Shown here: piece by piece, positions 40,216-54,361 of the stretch
Numbering within the stretch: the stretch's first letter is position 1
Layout of the letters: each line of letters opens with the position of its first letter
Source of the DNA: Eledone cirrhosa
Taxonomy: Eukaryota
Length of the DNA: 64,000 nucleotides
Assembly: GCA_964016885.1 (NCBI GenBank)
Contig: OZ024751.1
Span: 17,732,001 to 17,796,000, forward strand
Direction of reading: 5' to 3'
The notes under the pieces: model-generated
Seen by the model: only the letters and a program-made list of their open reading frames with translations
What the model was told of the DNA's origin: nothing
Database searches by the model: none
Translations under genes and position numbers: made by a program

Positions 40216-40496
40216 TATTTGTGTGTATATGTATGTATATGTGTGAATATGTGTGTGTATATATATATATATATACTGTATATTTATATATATATACATC
40301 CACAAGCACCCACACCCACACATACTCACGCCCACTCACACAGATATGTGTGTTTGTCGTGTGTTTAGTGTGTGTATTATTCAAGTATCTAGTTGGAGAG
40401 GCGTCCGCCAGATGGCAGATCAATGAAGGATTTTGTAGATCTGCTGGTCAACGAACGCCTCTCAGGCGAGATACTTGAGCTTATGATGACGTAAAT

Positions 40497-40527
<31 letters not shown>

Positions 40528-40924
40528 ATATATATGTGTGTGTGTGTGTGTGTGTTTGTCTGTGTCTGTATGTCTGTGTGTGTGTATCTCTGTGTGTGTG
40601 TGTGCGTGTGTGTGTGTGTTTGTCTGTGCCCGTCTGTCTATGTGTGTGTGTCCGTGTGTGTGTGTTGTTTTGTCTGTGTCTGTCTGTGTGTGTGTATCTG
40701 TGTGTGTGTGTGTTCGTCTTTGTCTGTCTGTCTGTGTATCTGTGTGTGTATGTGTGTGTGTGTGTGTATGTGTGTGTGTGTGTATGTGTGTGTGTGTGTC
40801 TAAACAAGACTGGAAATGAATATATACAGGGTGTCACAAAAAAAATGCATACACACTTCTACAGCATTCTAATTAGTATTACCTGTATATGTAATGAAAA
40901 TGAGTATCCCTTCTCTGGGATACC

Positions 40925-40963
<39 letters not shown>

Positions 40964-40965
40964 GA

Positions 40966-41001
<36 letters not shown>

Positions 41002-41006
41002 CATAC

Positions 41007-41188
<182 letters not shown>

Positions 41189-41680
41189 TTCAAGAGTAAC
41201 CAATCTTAAAGAGAGAGATGGAGATAGTAGAGGAGATATGAGAGGAGAGATTGGTGAGTTAGAAGCCGAAGCGTAAAGGCATGTGCTGAATGTGCAATAT
41301 GCAGTAGAAAGCAGCTAGGTGGCTAGGTGGCTAGGTGGCATAGTATAAACCAATACATGGAACATTATATTATGTAATTATCCCATTATTTTAATTTATA
41401 TTCTTTTGAAGTTCCGATGAGCCACTCTTTTTAAAAATATGTTAATTATTTTCAACTGAACCAGATCAATTATGATATATAGTCATCTGATCCAGAAATG
41501 TTATATGGAGTAGCGAAACAATTGTAGCGAGACATTATTATTATTAATATTATTATTATTATTCTCTACATTCCTTACATCAAACTAAAATATGTTGACA
41601 ATCTTTTAATAATGTCTTCCTTGTGAAGTTTGTGGTCTTGTTTTTCTTAACTAATGAATATATATATATATATATATATA

Positions 41681-42092
41681 TATCAATGATATTAAATAAA
41701 TGGAAACTATATTTATAAAACCATATTTATTCTATTATATATATTTCAAGGGTACCAAAACTTTGGTACGCCCTCATCAGATAAAATAAAAAATTTGTTT
41801 TATAAATAGTGACATACCCAGGAATCAGACCGTAACGGTTCAAGTTCCGTTTGGATAGTTGATTCCTGGATATGTCACTATTTATAAAACAAATTTAGTA
41901 TTTTATCTGATGAGAACGTACCAAAGTTTTAGTACCCTTGAATTATATATAATAGAATAAATATGGTTTTATAAATATAGTTTCCATTTATTAATATCAT
42001 TGATATTATACTCCAGAAAACTGTCGAGTGCTTCGAATCTGTAATAAATATATTTGTTGAATTACCAACAAATTAAATATCCTTTTGCTTAT
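41681..42092. mobile_element. Palindromic HHR-family A element (~145-bp arms, tail to 42092)
   Basis: 41681-41827 is the reverse complement of 41860-42005; HHR in each arm. Confidence 0.85.
41728..41788 (-). ncRNA. Type I HHR motif, intact core (AUA triplet)
   Basis: Minus strand TATTTTAT-CTGATGA-GGGCGTACCAAAGTTTTGGTACCCTT-GAAA-T-ATAT-A-TA-ATAGAATA; the plus-arm copy 41899-41959 has GAAT instead of GAAA. Confidence 0.75.
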
Positions 42093-42166
42093 ATTCTTTT
42101 ACCTATTCTAGCCATCCGGCTGAGGCCATGGTGGGGCACCGCCCTTGTGTATATATATATATAAAA

Positions 42167-42317
42167 CCGTATTTTCCGGCGTCAAAGAGGCTACTTTTTC
42201 CCTAAATTAAGTCTCAATAATCTACCATGCGTCCTCGACAACCAAGGTTGTCTATTATGTTTTTTCAAATTTTTGGTTGTCAAAGAACGAAGCGTCTTCG
42301 GTGTCTTCGGGAAATAC

Positions 42318-42319
<2 letters not shown>
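42167..42319. mobile_element. pogo/Tigger-type MITE
   Basis: TIRs CCGTATTTTCCG / CGGGAAATACGG, TA on the right. Confidence 0.6.
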
Positions 42320-42370
<51 letters not shown>

Positions 42371-42621
42371 GTGTTAAATACTATCCGGTGACCGAGCTCA
42401 GCCGTCTAGCACTCTGTATCTACAATTCATATACTCTACTTTCCCACGTATCGAGCACTTACTTAAACATGATCTTACTATTCTAAACGAGTAACCCCCC
42501 AATCTCTCTCTCTCTCCCTCCCCATCTCTCTCTCTCTCTCTCTCTCTCTTCCTCTCTCTCTCAATATATATATATATATATATATACGCTATTAATAAAT
42601 GGAAACTATATTTATAAAACC

Positions 42622-42697
42622 ATATTTATTTCATTATACATATTTCAGGGATACCACATTAAATTATGGTATGCCTTCATCAGACAAAATACAATAT
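42622..42697 (-). ncRNA. Type I HHR motif, intact core (AUA triplet), in family A element 42595-42728
   Basis: Minus strand TATTTTGT-CTGATGA-AGGCATACCATAATTTAATGTGGTATCCCT-GAAA-T-ATGT-A-TA-ATGAAATA; stems I and II pair with G-U wobbles. Confidence 0.75.
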
Positions 42698-42728
42698 ATA
42701 ACAGTTTTACAAATAGCTTTGACGTACC

Positions 42729-42803
<75 letters not shown>

Positions 42804-43406
42804 GAAGGTCTATGAAAATACTATATAATCATGCGGTATCTTGTACGATACATTTCTGAATATTAAGTTTTGTAATTTTCCTATAACTTTTATGAATTTT
42901 TATGATTTTTATTAAGTCTTTTACATATTGAGCATTTTTTTAAATTGTAAATAAATCCTGATGATTCTTTTGAATACACTCGATGTATTGCGGATGTCAT
43001 CACAAGCAATGCTTCTACAATTACTAACATTGTCATCATTCTCACCATCATCACTATCGCAATCATCAACGTTACTGAGAGCAGTGATCAGCACAAGAAG
43101 ACCAACACCAGCACCAATGTCGCCACCACCATTATCATTCCCGATTCTAGCACCACCCTACACAGCAAGTGGCATACCTCCTACACCAACAATAACAATA
43201 GCAACACTATCCCCGCCATCGTCATCATCACCTCCGACCAAGAACAACAACCACAACCACAACCGCCACCGCCACCGCCACCAACAACAACAACAACAAC
43301 AACATCAACAACATCAACAACAACAGCAACAACAACAACAACAGCAGCGGAGGCGGCGGCTTCGGCGGCGACGGCGACGACGACGACGACAACAACAACA
43401 ACAACG

Positions 43407-43451
<45 letters not shown>

Positions 43452-43879
43452 GCAGCGGCAGCAGCAACAACAACAACCAACACCATCACCAACAGCAGCA
43501 ATACTCTGCACGTGCCGTACACACTTTTAGCTGGAGTGTTTGCCGAACACACGGATTGCCGTTATAGTCACGCTAGGCCCTGTGAAGAGGTGAGGGGTGT
43601 ATGTTGGTTGGGGGTGAGAGTGTTGGTGAACTGGATAACGGGTGGTTGTAAGGGGCGTGAGCTTAATGCTGCTCCGATACACTGGTTCTATTTCTGGTGG
43701 TAGATTGTTGTGATGATGGTCATGGTACTGATTCCGGAAGACTTTAGTGTTTATGGTGATCATGGTACTAGTGTTTTTGGTGGTATCATTGTTGTGGTGG
43801 TTGTGGTGGTAGTAGTAGCTTATATTGGAGATGGTAGCGTTCGTAATTCTGTTGTAGCGGTTATAGTAGTTTGTAGTGG

Positions 43880-45000
43880 TAATATTGTTATTACTAGTGG
43901 TAGAACTAGTGGTAATGTTGTAGTTTTGGGGTTGTCGTAGTAATATTGTTAGTACTAGTGGTAGAACTAGAAGTAATGTTGTAGTTGTGGTTGTAGTTTT
44001 GGTGTAGTCGTAGTAAAATTGTTAGTACTAGTGGTAGAACTAGTAGTAATGTTGTAGTTGTGGTTGTAGTTTTGGTGTAGTCGTAGTAATATTGTTAGTA
44101 CTAGTGGTAGAACTAGTAGTAATGTTGTAGTAATATTGTTAGTACTAGTGGTAGAACTAGTGGTAATGTTGTAGTTGTGGTTGTAGTTTTGGTGTAGTCG
44201 TAGTAATACTGTTACTACTAGTGGTAGAACTAGTAGTAATGTTGTAGTTGGGGTTGTAGTTTTGGTGTAGTCGTAGTAATATTGTTGCTACTAGTGGTAG
44301 AACTAGTAGTAATGTTGTAGTAATATTGTTAGTACTAGTGGTAGAACTAGTGGTAATGTTGTAGTTGTGGTTGTAGTTTTGGTGTAGTCGTAGTAATACT
44401 GTTACTACTAGTGGTAGAACTAGTAGTAATGTTGTAGTTGGGGTTGTAGTTTTGGTGTAGTCGTAGTAATATTGTTACTACTAGTGGTAGAACTAGTAGT
44501 AATGTTGTAGTTGTGGTTGTAGTTTTGGTGTAGTCGTAGTAATATTGTTAGTACTAGTGGTAGAACTAGAAGTAATGTTGTAGTTGTGGTTGTAGTTTTG
44601 GTGTAGTCGTAGTAATATTGTTAGTACTAGTGGTAGAACCAGTGGTAATGTTGTAGTTGTGGTTGTAGTTTTGGTGTAGTCGTAGTAATATTGTTACTAC
44701 TAGTGGTAGAACTAGCAGTAATGCTGTAGTTGTGGTTGTAGTTTTGGTGTAGTTGTAGTAATATTGTTACTACTAGTGGTAGAACTAGTAGTAATGTTGT
44801 AGTTGTGGTTGTAGTTTTGGTGTAGTCGTAGTAATATTGTTACTACTAGTGGTAGAACTAGTAGTAATGTTGTAGTTGTGGTTGTAGTTTTGGGGTTGTC
44901 GTAGTAATATTGTTAGTACTAATGGTAGAACTAGTAGTAATGTTGTAGTTGTGGTTGTAGTTTTGGTGTAGTCGTAGTAATATTGTTAGTACTAATGGTA
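43880..45000. repeat. 73-bp minisatellite with 44-bp variants (190-bp higher-order unit)
   Basis: Unit starts 43941, 44014, 44087, 44131, 44204, 44277, 44321, 44394, 44467. Confidence 0.9.
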
Positions 45001-45574
45001 AAAGTGGTGAAAATGTTGTAGTCGTAGTTGTAGTGGTGATTTTTTATTACTAGTGGTAGAATTAGTGATAATGTTGGTGTGCTTTTTAAGTATTAGTGGT
45101 AGAACTTGTGATAATGTTGTGGTGGTAGTTGTAATCGTGGTTGTTAGTACTATTGGTAGAATTGGTGATAATGTTGTTATAGTTGAGGTGGTAGATTTAT
45201 TGTAGTCCTGGCAGTAATTTTTAGTGGTGGTATTGTTGTTACTGGTAGTAGAACCGTAGTTGGTTTAGTTGTAAAAGTTACAGTATTGGTACAAGTGTTA
45301 GAACTGCTAGTAATTTTGTAGTTGGTGCGGTGGCAGTTTGTAGAGTTGGTAGTGTTTTTACTGGTGTTAAAATGATAGTAGATTTGTTATAGGTATGAAG
45401 GTAGGTTGTACTGATGGTGTTGTTGTTGGTGGTGGTATTGCTAGGAGCTTCGTTGATTTTAGCATAGAAATAAATGTTTTCTCACACCAAGTGCACATCG
45501 TTGGTCAGGTTTCGATAACTTGCATAACAGTGCATGCGTTGACAACGTAGATTAAATAATTAATTAATTAAATA

Positions 45575-45975
45575 ATTGTTTCTACTTTTGGCACAAGGCC
45601 AGTAATTATCGCAGTACATTACTGGTACTTTATTTCATCGACCGCGTAAGGATGAAAGGCAAAGTTAACCTCGGCGGGATTTGAACTCATACCATAAAGG
45701 GCCGTAACTCTTTGCTGCTAAGCATGACGTCCGACCCTCTACCGATACTGCCAATCCACCATTAAATAATGATTTCTTATATAGGCCAGCAATTTTGGGG
45801 GAGGGGAAAGTCAATTAAATCGACCCCAGTGCATGACTGGTACTTTATTTCATCGACCCCGTAAGGATGAAAGGTAAAGTTTACCTCGGCGGGATTTGAA
45901 GTCAGACCATAAAGGGCCGTAACTCTTTGCTGCAAAGCATGGCGTCCGACCCTCTACCGATACTGCCAATCCGCC
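45575..45975 (-). mobile_element. Two tandem major-family SINE copies
   Basis: Reverse complement of the 11138-11324 type, twice. Confidence 0.9.
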
Positions 45976-46780
45976 ATTAAATAATGAAATTAATTAGCAA
46001 CGCAGTGTATGATGCTTTCTGGATGATTAAAATATACAGAGTCCCTTTTTGATAAAAACACAATTTATCCTCACTATGAATAATAAACAAAGTGATTTTA
46101 CCACAGGCTTTATATCTGAGCAGTTTAGCTCCGTCCTAGTTTGTGTACACTATAAATAGCTATAAGCTACTAATCTCCCTGGACGAACGATGGCTAATCC
46201 TTTTATCAAGAAGGTTTAAGAACACCAGAGACTAAACAAATCTATCCATTTTTTTTCTACAATACATCGAGAGAATACTACTCCTTGCACCCCCCCCTCC
46301 TCCATGATCACTACTACTGCGACTGTCACCACTATTAGCATCATCAAAGCCATCATCAGCATCAACATCATGATCATGAACATCACTATAATCATCATCA
46401 TCGTGAGTATGATGATGATGATCATCATCATCATCTCAATCAGTGTTATCACCACAACATATAATATTATAATAACCAATACCACCGCTGTGAAAACACC
46501 AGAAACAATATCACACACATCATGGCCACTACTACCACAAGTATCTCAACTACGAGTAACGTAACAACATTATACAAATCACCAACACCATCACCATCAT
46601 GATCATTATCATCATCATCATCATCATCATCACTTACATACAGCCATCCATACATAATAAACAAATATACGTTGTTATATATTCAGACTCAGAAGGTACA
46701 TATACAGATATATATATATATATGTATATATATATACACATAGAAATGGCACACAACACACACAATCACACACACACATA

Positions 46781-46814
<34 letters not shown>

Positions 46815-46870
46815 TAAATATATATATATATGCAAAAGAAACCAAAGAACACTTACATACTCAAACAGTC

Positions 46871-46925
46871 TTTATTCACTAAAAATGTTTCATCCTCACC
46901 TTTAGGCAGGATTCATCAGAGCTCA
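46871..46925 (-). ncRNA. Degenerate HHR-like motif followed by AATAAA
   Basis: Minus strand CTGATGA-ATCCT..AGGAT-GAAA-C; stems I and III no longer pair. Confidence 0.4.
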
Positions 46926-47217
46926 ACATATATATATATAAACATTATGCATATACAGAACTAAATTCGACTGACCTCAAACATATATAAAAATATGCAT
47001 GTGTAGTTCGGATATAGGTGCCGAACGGCCGGAGCTCAGCCCTCGGGGTCATGAATCTTTCATATATAAATATATATATATATCAGAATGCAGGGTATAA
47101 TAACCAGTTAGACCCTTACTCACCAGAGTACTCGATACTTGGGGTAATAGAGTGGGTAATATGAACATTTCGAGGTCCCGAATTTTTCATATATTTATCT
47201 ATATCTATCTATCTGTT

Positions 47218-47277
<60 letters not shown>

Positions 47278-47384
47278 TATATATATATATAAATCATACG
47301 TACATACACACGTGCATACAACATATATACATTCATACAGAGAGTGTTGACTGTATTCGAATGCCCCCTCCGCACATACACAAG

Positions 47385-47416
<32 letters not shown>

Positions 47417-47772
47417 GACACAAGGTTTGACAGAAGTTCAACACTCAAACAACCATGCTATTCACCACACTGCTGGTCGACACGCTACCCCTTTCAAGAG
47501 ACATTGACACAGCGTCCTCGGCAAAATGACACCAACACCTCCACCACCACCACACCACCACCACCACCATGGTATGGGTGACGTCTTCAGAAGACCACAT
47601 ACACGTTCACACATATAAGCACAATCACATAATCACAAACACATTCACACACACATAAACTCACGCACACGCACATATATACCCGCACATACACGCAAAC
47701 TCACTCACACGCACATATATATACCAGCACACAACACACACAAACTCAATCGCACGCACATATATACCCGCA

Positions 47773-47814
<42 letters not shown>

Positions 47815-48363
47815 CAATCGCATGCACATATATACCCGCACACACACCACACACAAACTCAATCGCACGCACATATATACCTGCGCGCACACACATGCAC
47901 AAACTCACTCACACGCACATATATACCAGCACACACACAAACTTACTCACACGCACATATATAGCCGGAAACACACACACACATACACACATAAACTCAC
48001 TCACACGCACATATATACCCGCGGGCGCACACACACATACACAAACTCACTCACACGCACATATATACCAGCACACGCACACACACACAAACCCACATGC
48101 ACATATATAGCCGCAAACACACACACACATAAACTCACTCACACGCACATATATACCCGCGGGCGCACACACACACAAAGTCACTCACATGCACATATAT
48201 ACCAGCACACACACACACACACATACAGACATGTATACATATACAGAGATAGACACCTCCATAGAAATAAACGCACAAGCATGTACAAATACGCGTACGA
48301 ATAGAAAGAAACACACATACACACGCGCTCACACAAACACATGCACACAAGTATACACATGTG

Positions 48364-48394
<31 letters not shown>

Positions 48395-48760
48395 TGATAC
48401 ACACAGAAATAAGCACTCACAAACACGCAAATGTAAACACGCGTACGCGGACATACAGACACATACGCACACATATATACATAAAAATACATACACACTA
48501 TCGTACAAACACAAGCACACACATATATAAACACACACTGATACACACGCAAATAGTAACTCAATCATGAAATAACGCACACTCACACGCACGCGCCAAC
48601 ACCACAGCGACCCTGTAATGTCAAGATTGCTCGCAGAATAAACAGAAAATAAACGACTCTTTGTATTAGACTTAGATTAATTCTATAACTCTACTTATTA
48701 AATATGCATTGAAGGACAGACGTTGGGCAACACACACACACACACACACACACACATATG

Positions 48761-48836
<76 letters not shown>

Positions 48837-48841
48837 ATTAT

Positions 48842-49120
48842 TAGAAAGTGATCAACAGGAAATATTACTCCATTACCAAAGGTTTCTGGGTCCCAGACAA
48901 TATTAATATACGCCTGGATCAGTCATTAGACAGAGATGTTACAGAGATAACATATCTGTCTGATGACTGATTCAGACGTATATTAATATTGTCTGGGACC
49001 CAGAAACCTTTGGTAATGGAGTAGTTATATTTTGTGTTGTTCACTTTCTATTTAAATGGCTCTATTCTATACATAGAGCACTCTTTTATCCTTTGCTTTT
49101 CCTTCGGAATTACCTAAAGC
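48842..49120. mobile_element. Palindromic HHR-family B element (arms ~48842-49050; plus-arm HHR 48947-49028)
   Basis: ~100-bp inverted arms, centre ~48944; TCTGT-CTGATGA-long stem II-GAAA-CC-TTT-GG-TA-ATGGA; left-arm core mutated (CTAATGA). Confidence 0.8.
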
Positions 49121-49437
49121 ATATAATATAAAATATACATAATATAATTGTTTCTACTTTTGGCACAAGGCCAGCAATTACCCAGTGCATTACTGGTACT
49201 TTATGTTATCGACCCCGTAAGGATGAAAAGAAAAGAAAAGTGAACCTCGGCGGGATTTGAACTCAGACCGTAGAGAGACGTAAGTATGCTGGAAAACACG
49301 GCGTCCGACTCTCTAACGGTACTGCCAGTATATATATATATATACACGCCAATACATACGTATATACTAAGCACATATGTACATACAAATGTAAATGGAA
49401 TGTACATCTGTCGGTTTCGACAAGGATTGTTCGAGTT

Positions 49438-49728
49438 CAGGCTTGGGCAACCTTTTCTTCAAGAAGCGGGTCGCAAGAGATATGGCTCATTATCAGGCGG
49501 GCCGCAAGCGCTAATTTACATTCGTGCCCACATTAAAAAGAAGGCGGTAACTCAGGTTGTTTTGATTTGTTTCTTCAGAATTGGTACACGTTGTTTTCCT
49601 CGATCGTAAAAATGATAGAAAGATAAATTACGACTGAATAATTGGGGTAAAAAATCAGAAAGATTTCATTTAGGTGACTTAGGCGAGCCATTCAGGAAGC
49701 TTTGCGGGCCGCAGATTGCCCATGACTA
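49438..49728. mobile_element. hAT (Charlie-like) MITE with 8-bp TSD
   Basis: CAGGCTTGGGCAA / TTGCCCATGACTA termini; TSD TTCGAGTT / TTCTAGTT; the host repeat is uninterrupted (GGATTGTTCTAGTTG) at ~26565. Confidence 0.75.
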
Positions 49729-49965
49729 TTCTAGTTGATTAAATCATCAATACTACTTGCTCATAAAACTTAAATTGTAAGTGACTGAGCATTCCATAGA
49801 CATGTATATCTTTAAAGTAGTTTTCAGGTAGTTAAAACGTAACATCTGATATTTTGAAGCTGAGTCGACATCAGAAAAATGAAATAATTTGCCTTGCTCA
49901 AAGAGAAAACTCACTACAAGGAATCGAACTCACGACCTACCAAACATCAGCTGTAGACCCTAAAC

Positions 49966-50130
49966 CAGGCATAGGAATAAATCTTTCGAGCAGTTGGTCG
50001 CATAGGATGTGGCTCATCTTAAGGCAGGCTACACTTCTGAAGATTTCAAGGCAATTTTGAAATGAAGCGTACCATTCATAAAGACTAAACGGCCGCATGC
50101 AGGTATTGGGCCGCTGTTTGACCATGGCTG
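49966..50130. mobile_element. hAT MITE with perfect 8-bp TSD, nested in a CORE-type SINE
   Basis: CCCTAAAC at 49958-49965 and 50131-50138; CAGGCAT.. / ..ATGGCTG termini; GGCCGC subterminal motifs. Confidence 0.75.
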
Positions 50131-51065
50131 CCCTAAACTCTAAGCCACGCACCTTCAGTACATTTGTAATGAGTCGACAAAGGGATTGGAACAACGTATC
50201 TGTTATATACTGGACATCAACATATAATATGCACGTCACCTCTTAATTTGTAACCAGTCCGCGACTGGTTACTAATAATTCGCTTAGAGGGGGGTGGGGG
50301 CTATGGATGGAAACACATTTCTTCAAGTAGAGAAGCCGAGAAACTGAACAGACGCCAGATTGGAATGACCGGAAGAATTAACGTTGTAACGTATATATGA
50401 GGTGGGGAGGTGGAGTTATGATGAGGTGTGTGGGGGGGGGGGGTTGACGTAAGAAGAAAAAGAAGATGAAGAAGAAGGAGAAAAGAAGAAAAAGAAGAAA
50501 AAGAAGAAAAAGAAGAAAAAGAAGAAAAAGAAAAAGAAGAAAAAGAAGAAAAATGAGAAGAAAAAGAAGAAGAAAAGAAGAGAGATGAGTAGGAGAAGGA
50601 GGAGACCAAAGTCAGAGATGAGAGAGAGGTGAAAACGAAAAACATGTGATGTGTGGTGGGAGGGATGTGTGGTGGAAGGGGTGTGTGGTGGTGGAAGGAG
50701 GGGGAAGGGATATTTGTGACGTCATTTACAATGGGGCTGACCCACTGCGTGAGTGGAGTGGAGTTTTAGGATAGAGTGTGACTGACGTCCGGTTTGTGTT
50801 CGCTTGGAGTGGTGGTCAAATCAACTCATGCTTTTCTGTGTAAGATGGCGGAGTGTCTATGGGCCTATTGGTTAGTGAGGGGGTGGGGAGAGGGTGTGAT
50901 ACAAGGGATTACAGCAACATCAACAACAACAACAACAACAGAAACTACGATAACAACAACAACAATGGCTAGGATAACAGTAGCAATAAGATATACAGCA
51001 GGAGGCGATAAGTGAAATTTGACCAGAAACAACAGTGATGGCAACGTGTGTATGTGTGTGTATAT

Positions 51066-51109
<44 letters not shown>

Positions 51110-51505
51110 AGGACGGATAGCAAAGAATTACAGCAGTAGCAGCAACAACAACAATAACAAAAGAACAATAACAACAACAATAATAACAAGAACAAGAACA
51201 AAAATAAGAAGAAGAACAAGAACAACAAGAACATCGTCTGTTGTAGCTACAGCAATATCATCTACCTCACAAGGGGGTGATAACTGCAATCGCACCAGAT
51301 ACAACAGATATCGTAACAGTGATAGATTTCCAGACTGCAAATGGTGTACACGACGAATAAAATAATTCAATCTACGCCTACCTGCGAAAAAACAACCCTG
51401 AGATATATGGCACTGATTTGTAAAGACTCAGAGCAACTTGGTTTACTCAGACTAGCCATAAGGGATCACGCCCCCCCCCCCCGCCTCACACTTCTGGAGT
51501 CCCTA

Positions 51506-52235
51506 TCATAATATAATAAAGGGAGAAGTACGGGACTGAATCCTGAATATATTTTTTTGTTATCCCATTAGTAAAATAAGTTAGATTACTTTGAATAAAT
51601 AATTGTTTCTACATTTGGCACAAGGCCAGCAATTATCCCAGTGTATAACTGGTACTTTATTTTATCGACCCCGTAAGGCTGAAAGGCAAAGTTAACCTCG
51701 GCGAGATTTGAACTCAGATCATAAAAGGCCATAACTCTTTGCTGCAGGGCATGGTATCTGACCCTATGAATGAATGTTACATAATTGTTGTACAATATTT
51801 CGTAGCTGTTTATTAATCATAAATATTCTTATATATAATGATTCACTTCTTTAAACATTTTCAAATGTCTACACTTCCGGTTAGCGTTCGTTATACCATA
51901 ACACTTATTACATCGCTTATGTAAACATTCATATATTTGCATCGTTATATAAGGTTTATATTTCTGTCACTAATTTTCCCCTTTTTCGTTTTCATAACAT
52001 TTTAGTTTATTATATATGCAGTTATATATAATATCGTCTTTTTAAAATGTACAATGGATTACTTTACTGATTACAGAAGAGAGTGTAACACAGTTTCTCT
52101 TCAATTTCTGTGCATATTTTCAATTACGATTTTATTTGACGTATCATGTCTATATGCATATATATTTGCATATAATATCAATATGCACATTAGACATGCT
52201 AGCAGAAACCACCCGAAAGGTGTTTTTTCTGCTAG
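51506..52235 (+). mobile_element. Probable non-autonomous Helitron with nested SINE (51600-51765, minus)
   Basis: A|TCATAATATAATAAAGGG start; 3' hairpin AGCAGAAACCACC..GGTGTTTTTTCTGCTAG|T similar to 18949-18982. Confidence 0.55.
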
Positions 52236-52558
52236 TATACTTAATGCTAGATTATAAACATTAAGAAAACAGTAAAATAAAACGCAGAGGAGGTAGTACA
52301 ATTAACGTTATTAAAATTGATGTTACGAAGGTAAAGCGAAATAAATGCGTGTTTTAAACTTTTCGGACGTTAGTCTTTCACCAAAATGGGAAAGAATATG
52401 GAAAGTAGGGAGGAGTGAAGGAGACGAAATACAAAAATAGTGGAGAAAAAGGGAACAAAAGTAAAATTGTAAGTATGACGTAGAAAGTAAGGAGAAGGGA
52501 GTAAACTGAGACGTGAGTAAAGACGCAGTTCTCATAAGAGGTATCAGATCGTTGTGTG

Positions 52559-52956
<398 letters not shown>

Positions 52957-53900
52957 ATATATATATATATGAGAGAGTCGATCGAATTTCGTCAAATCGG
53001 ACCGAGGAAACAATGTTTTCGTCGGTCTTTCCAGTTGCTAGTACTATCTATCGGTCGCAACTCCAGGTAGAAGGAGCAACGTGAAATAAAGTGTCTTGCT
53101 CAAGGACATAACGCATCACCCGGTCCAGAAATCGAACTCACAGCCTCAAGATTGTGAATCCAATTCCCTAACCACTCAGCCATATATATATATATATATT
53201 AGTATTAGTGCTCTGAAATAGCGATGTATGTATGATTGTATGTATAGTATATTTGATAATATACTGTATGTTTATTTTAAAACATTTTGAAGACCATTCA
53301 CTTGTGTTTTAAAGTAGTGACTATGTTACGTACTGAGGCTCGGCAAAAACATAAACATATCTGTGTAAATGCTTGTCTGCTTTCGTGGTTGCGCGTATGA
53401 AACAATGATTTAGGAGTAAAGGTCATTCGATAGTATTGAAGTATGTTTCCAGTTAAGCTCCATCGTCGATAAGTTGCGTGAATATGCGTACAAAGAGCTA
53501 CATTAATGATAGTCATTATCATAGGAATGTATAAATTTTTACCTCGGTTTTGTTTTCTCTATTACGATCAAAAACATAGTTAAAGAATGGTTAATATAGT
53601 TTAAAATTCGGGGTGTGTAAAGAGGTATCATTAAAAGAACGGCAGCCATAAAAATATTGCCAAAAGTTTAATATCAAGAGCACACCCCTAAAAGATAACC
53701 TACATCATTTGAGAAAGAGATATTTATCTAAAAAACGAGAAAGAGAATATACAACCGAGAAGAGAAAAAAGGGAAATAATTTATACAAAATTATATAAAA
53801 TAATAATAAAATGTATATATATATTTATGTATCTTTGTATGAATGGATGTATGAATATGTGTGTATATGTATGTGTGTATGTGTATATATATGTGCATAC

Positions 53901-53946
<46 letters not shown>

Positions 53947-54146
53947 GGAAAAAAATGAAACCATATTTCATTTCCCACTCTTCCCACTCTTAGTACGTCG
54001 GTATACATATATGTATGTACGTGTACATACTTATATATATATATATATATATATACGCATACATGTTATTTATATGTGGTTCTATACATGTGTCTAACGT
54101 ATTTATATATGCATGCTTATATATTTGTAAATGCCCATGCAAATAC

Positions 54147-54182
<36 letters not shown>

Positions 54183-54231
54183 AGGGAAGTAAGGTTCTAT
54201 ACAAAACATATATATATATATCACACCAGAT

Positions 54232-54361
<130 letters not shown>

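Noticed and set aside
42961-43530. 189-aa ORF with signal-peptide-like start, poly-Q and poly-R
   Set aside because: Built from (CAA/CAG/CGA)n and ACC-rich simple repeats that are open in several frames and on both strands; no independent support
43880-45000. Minus-strand mucin-like exon or CRISPR-like array
   Set aside because: 73-bp unit is not a multiple of three and there are no unique spacers; ordinary minisatellite in eukaryotic DNA
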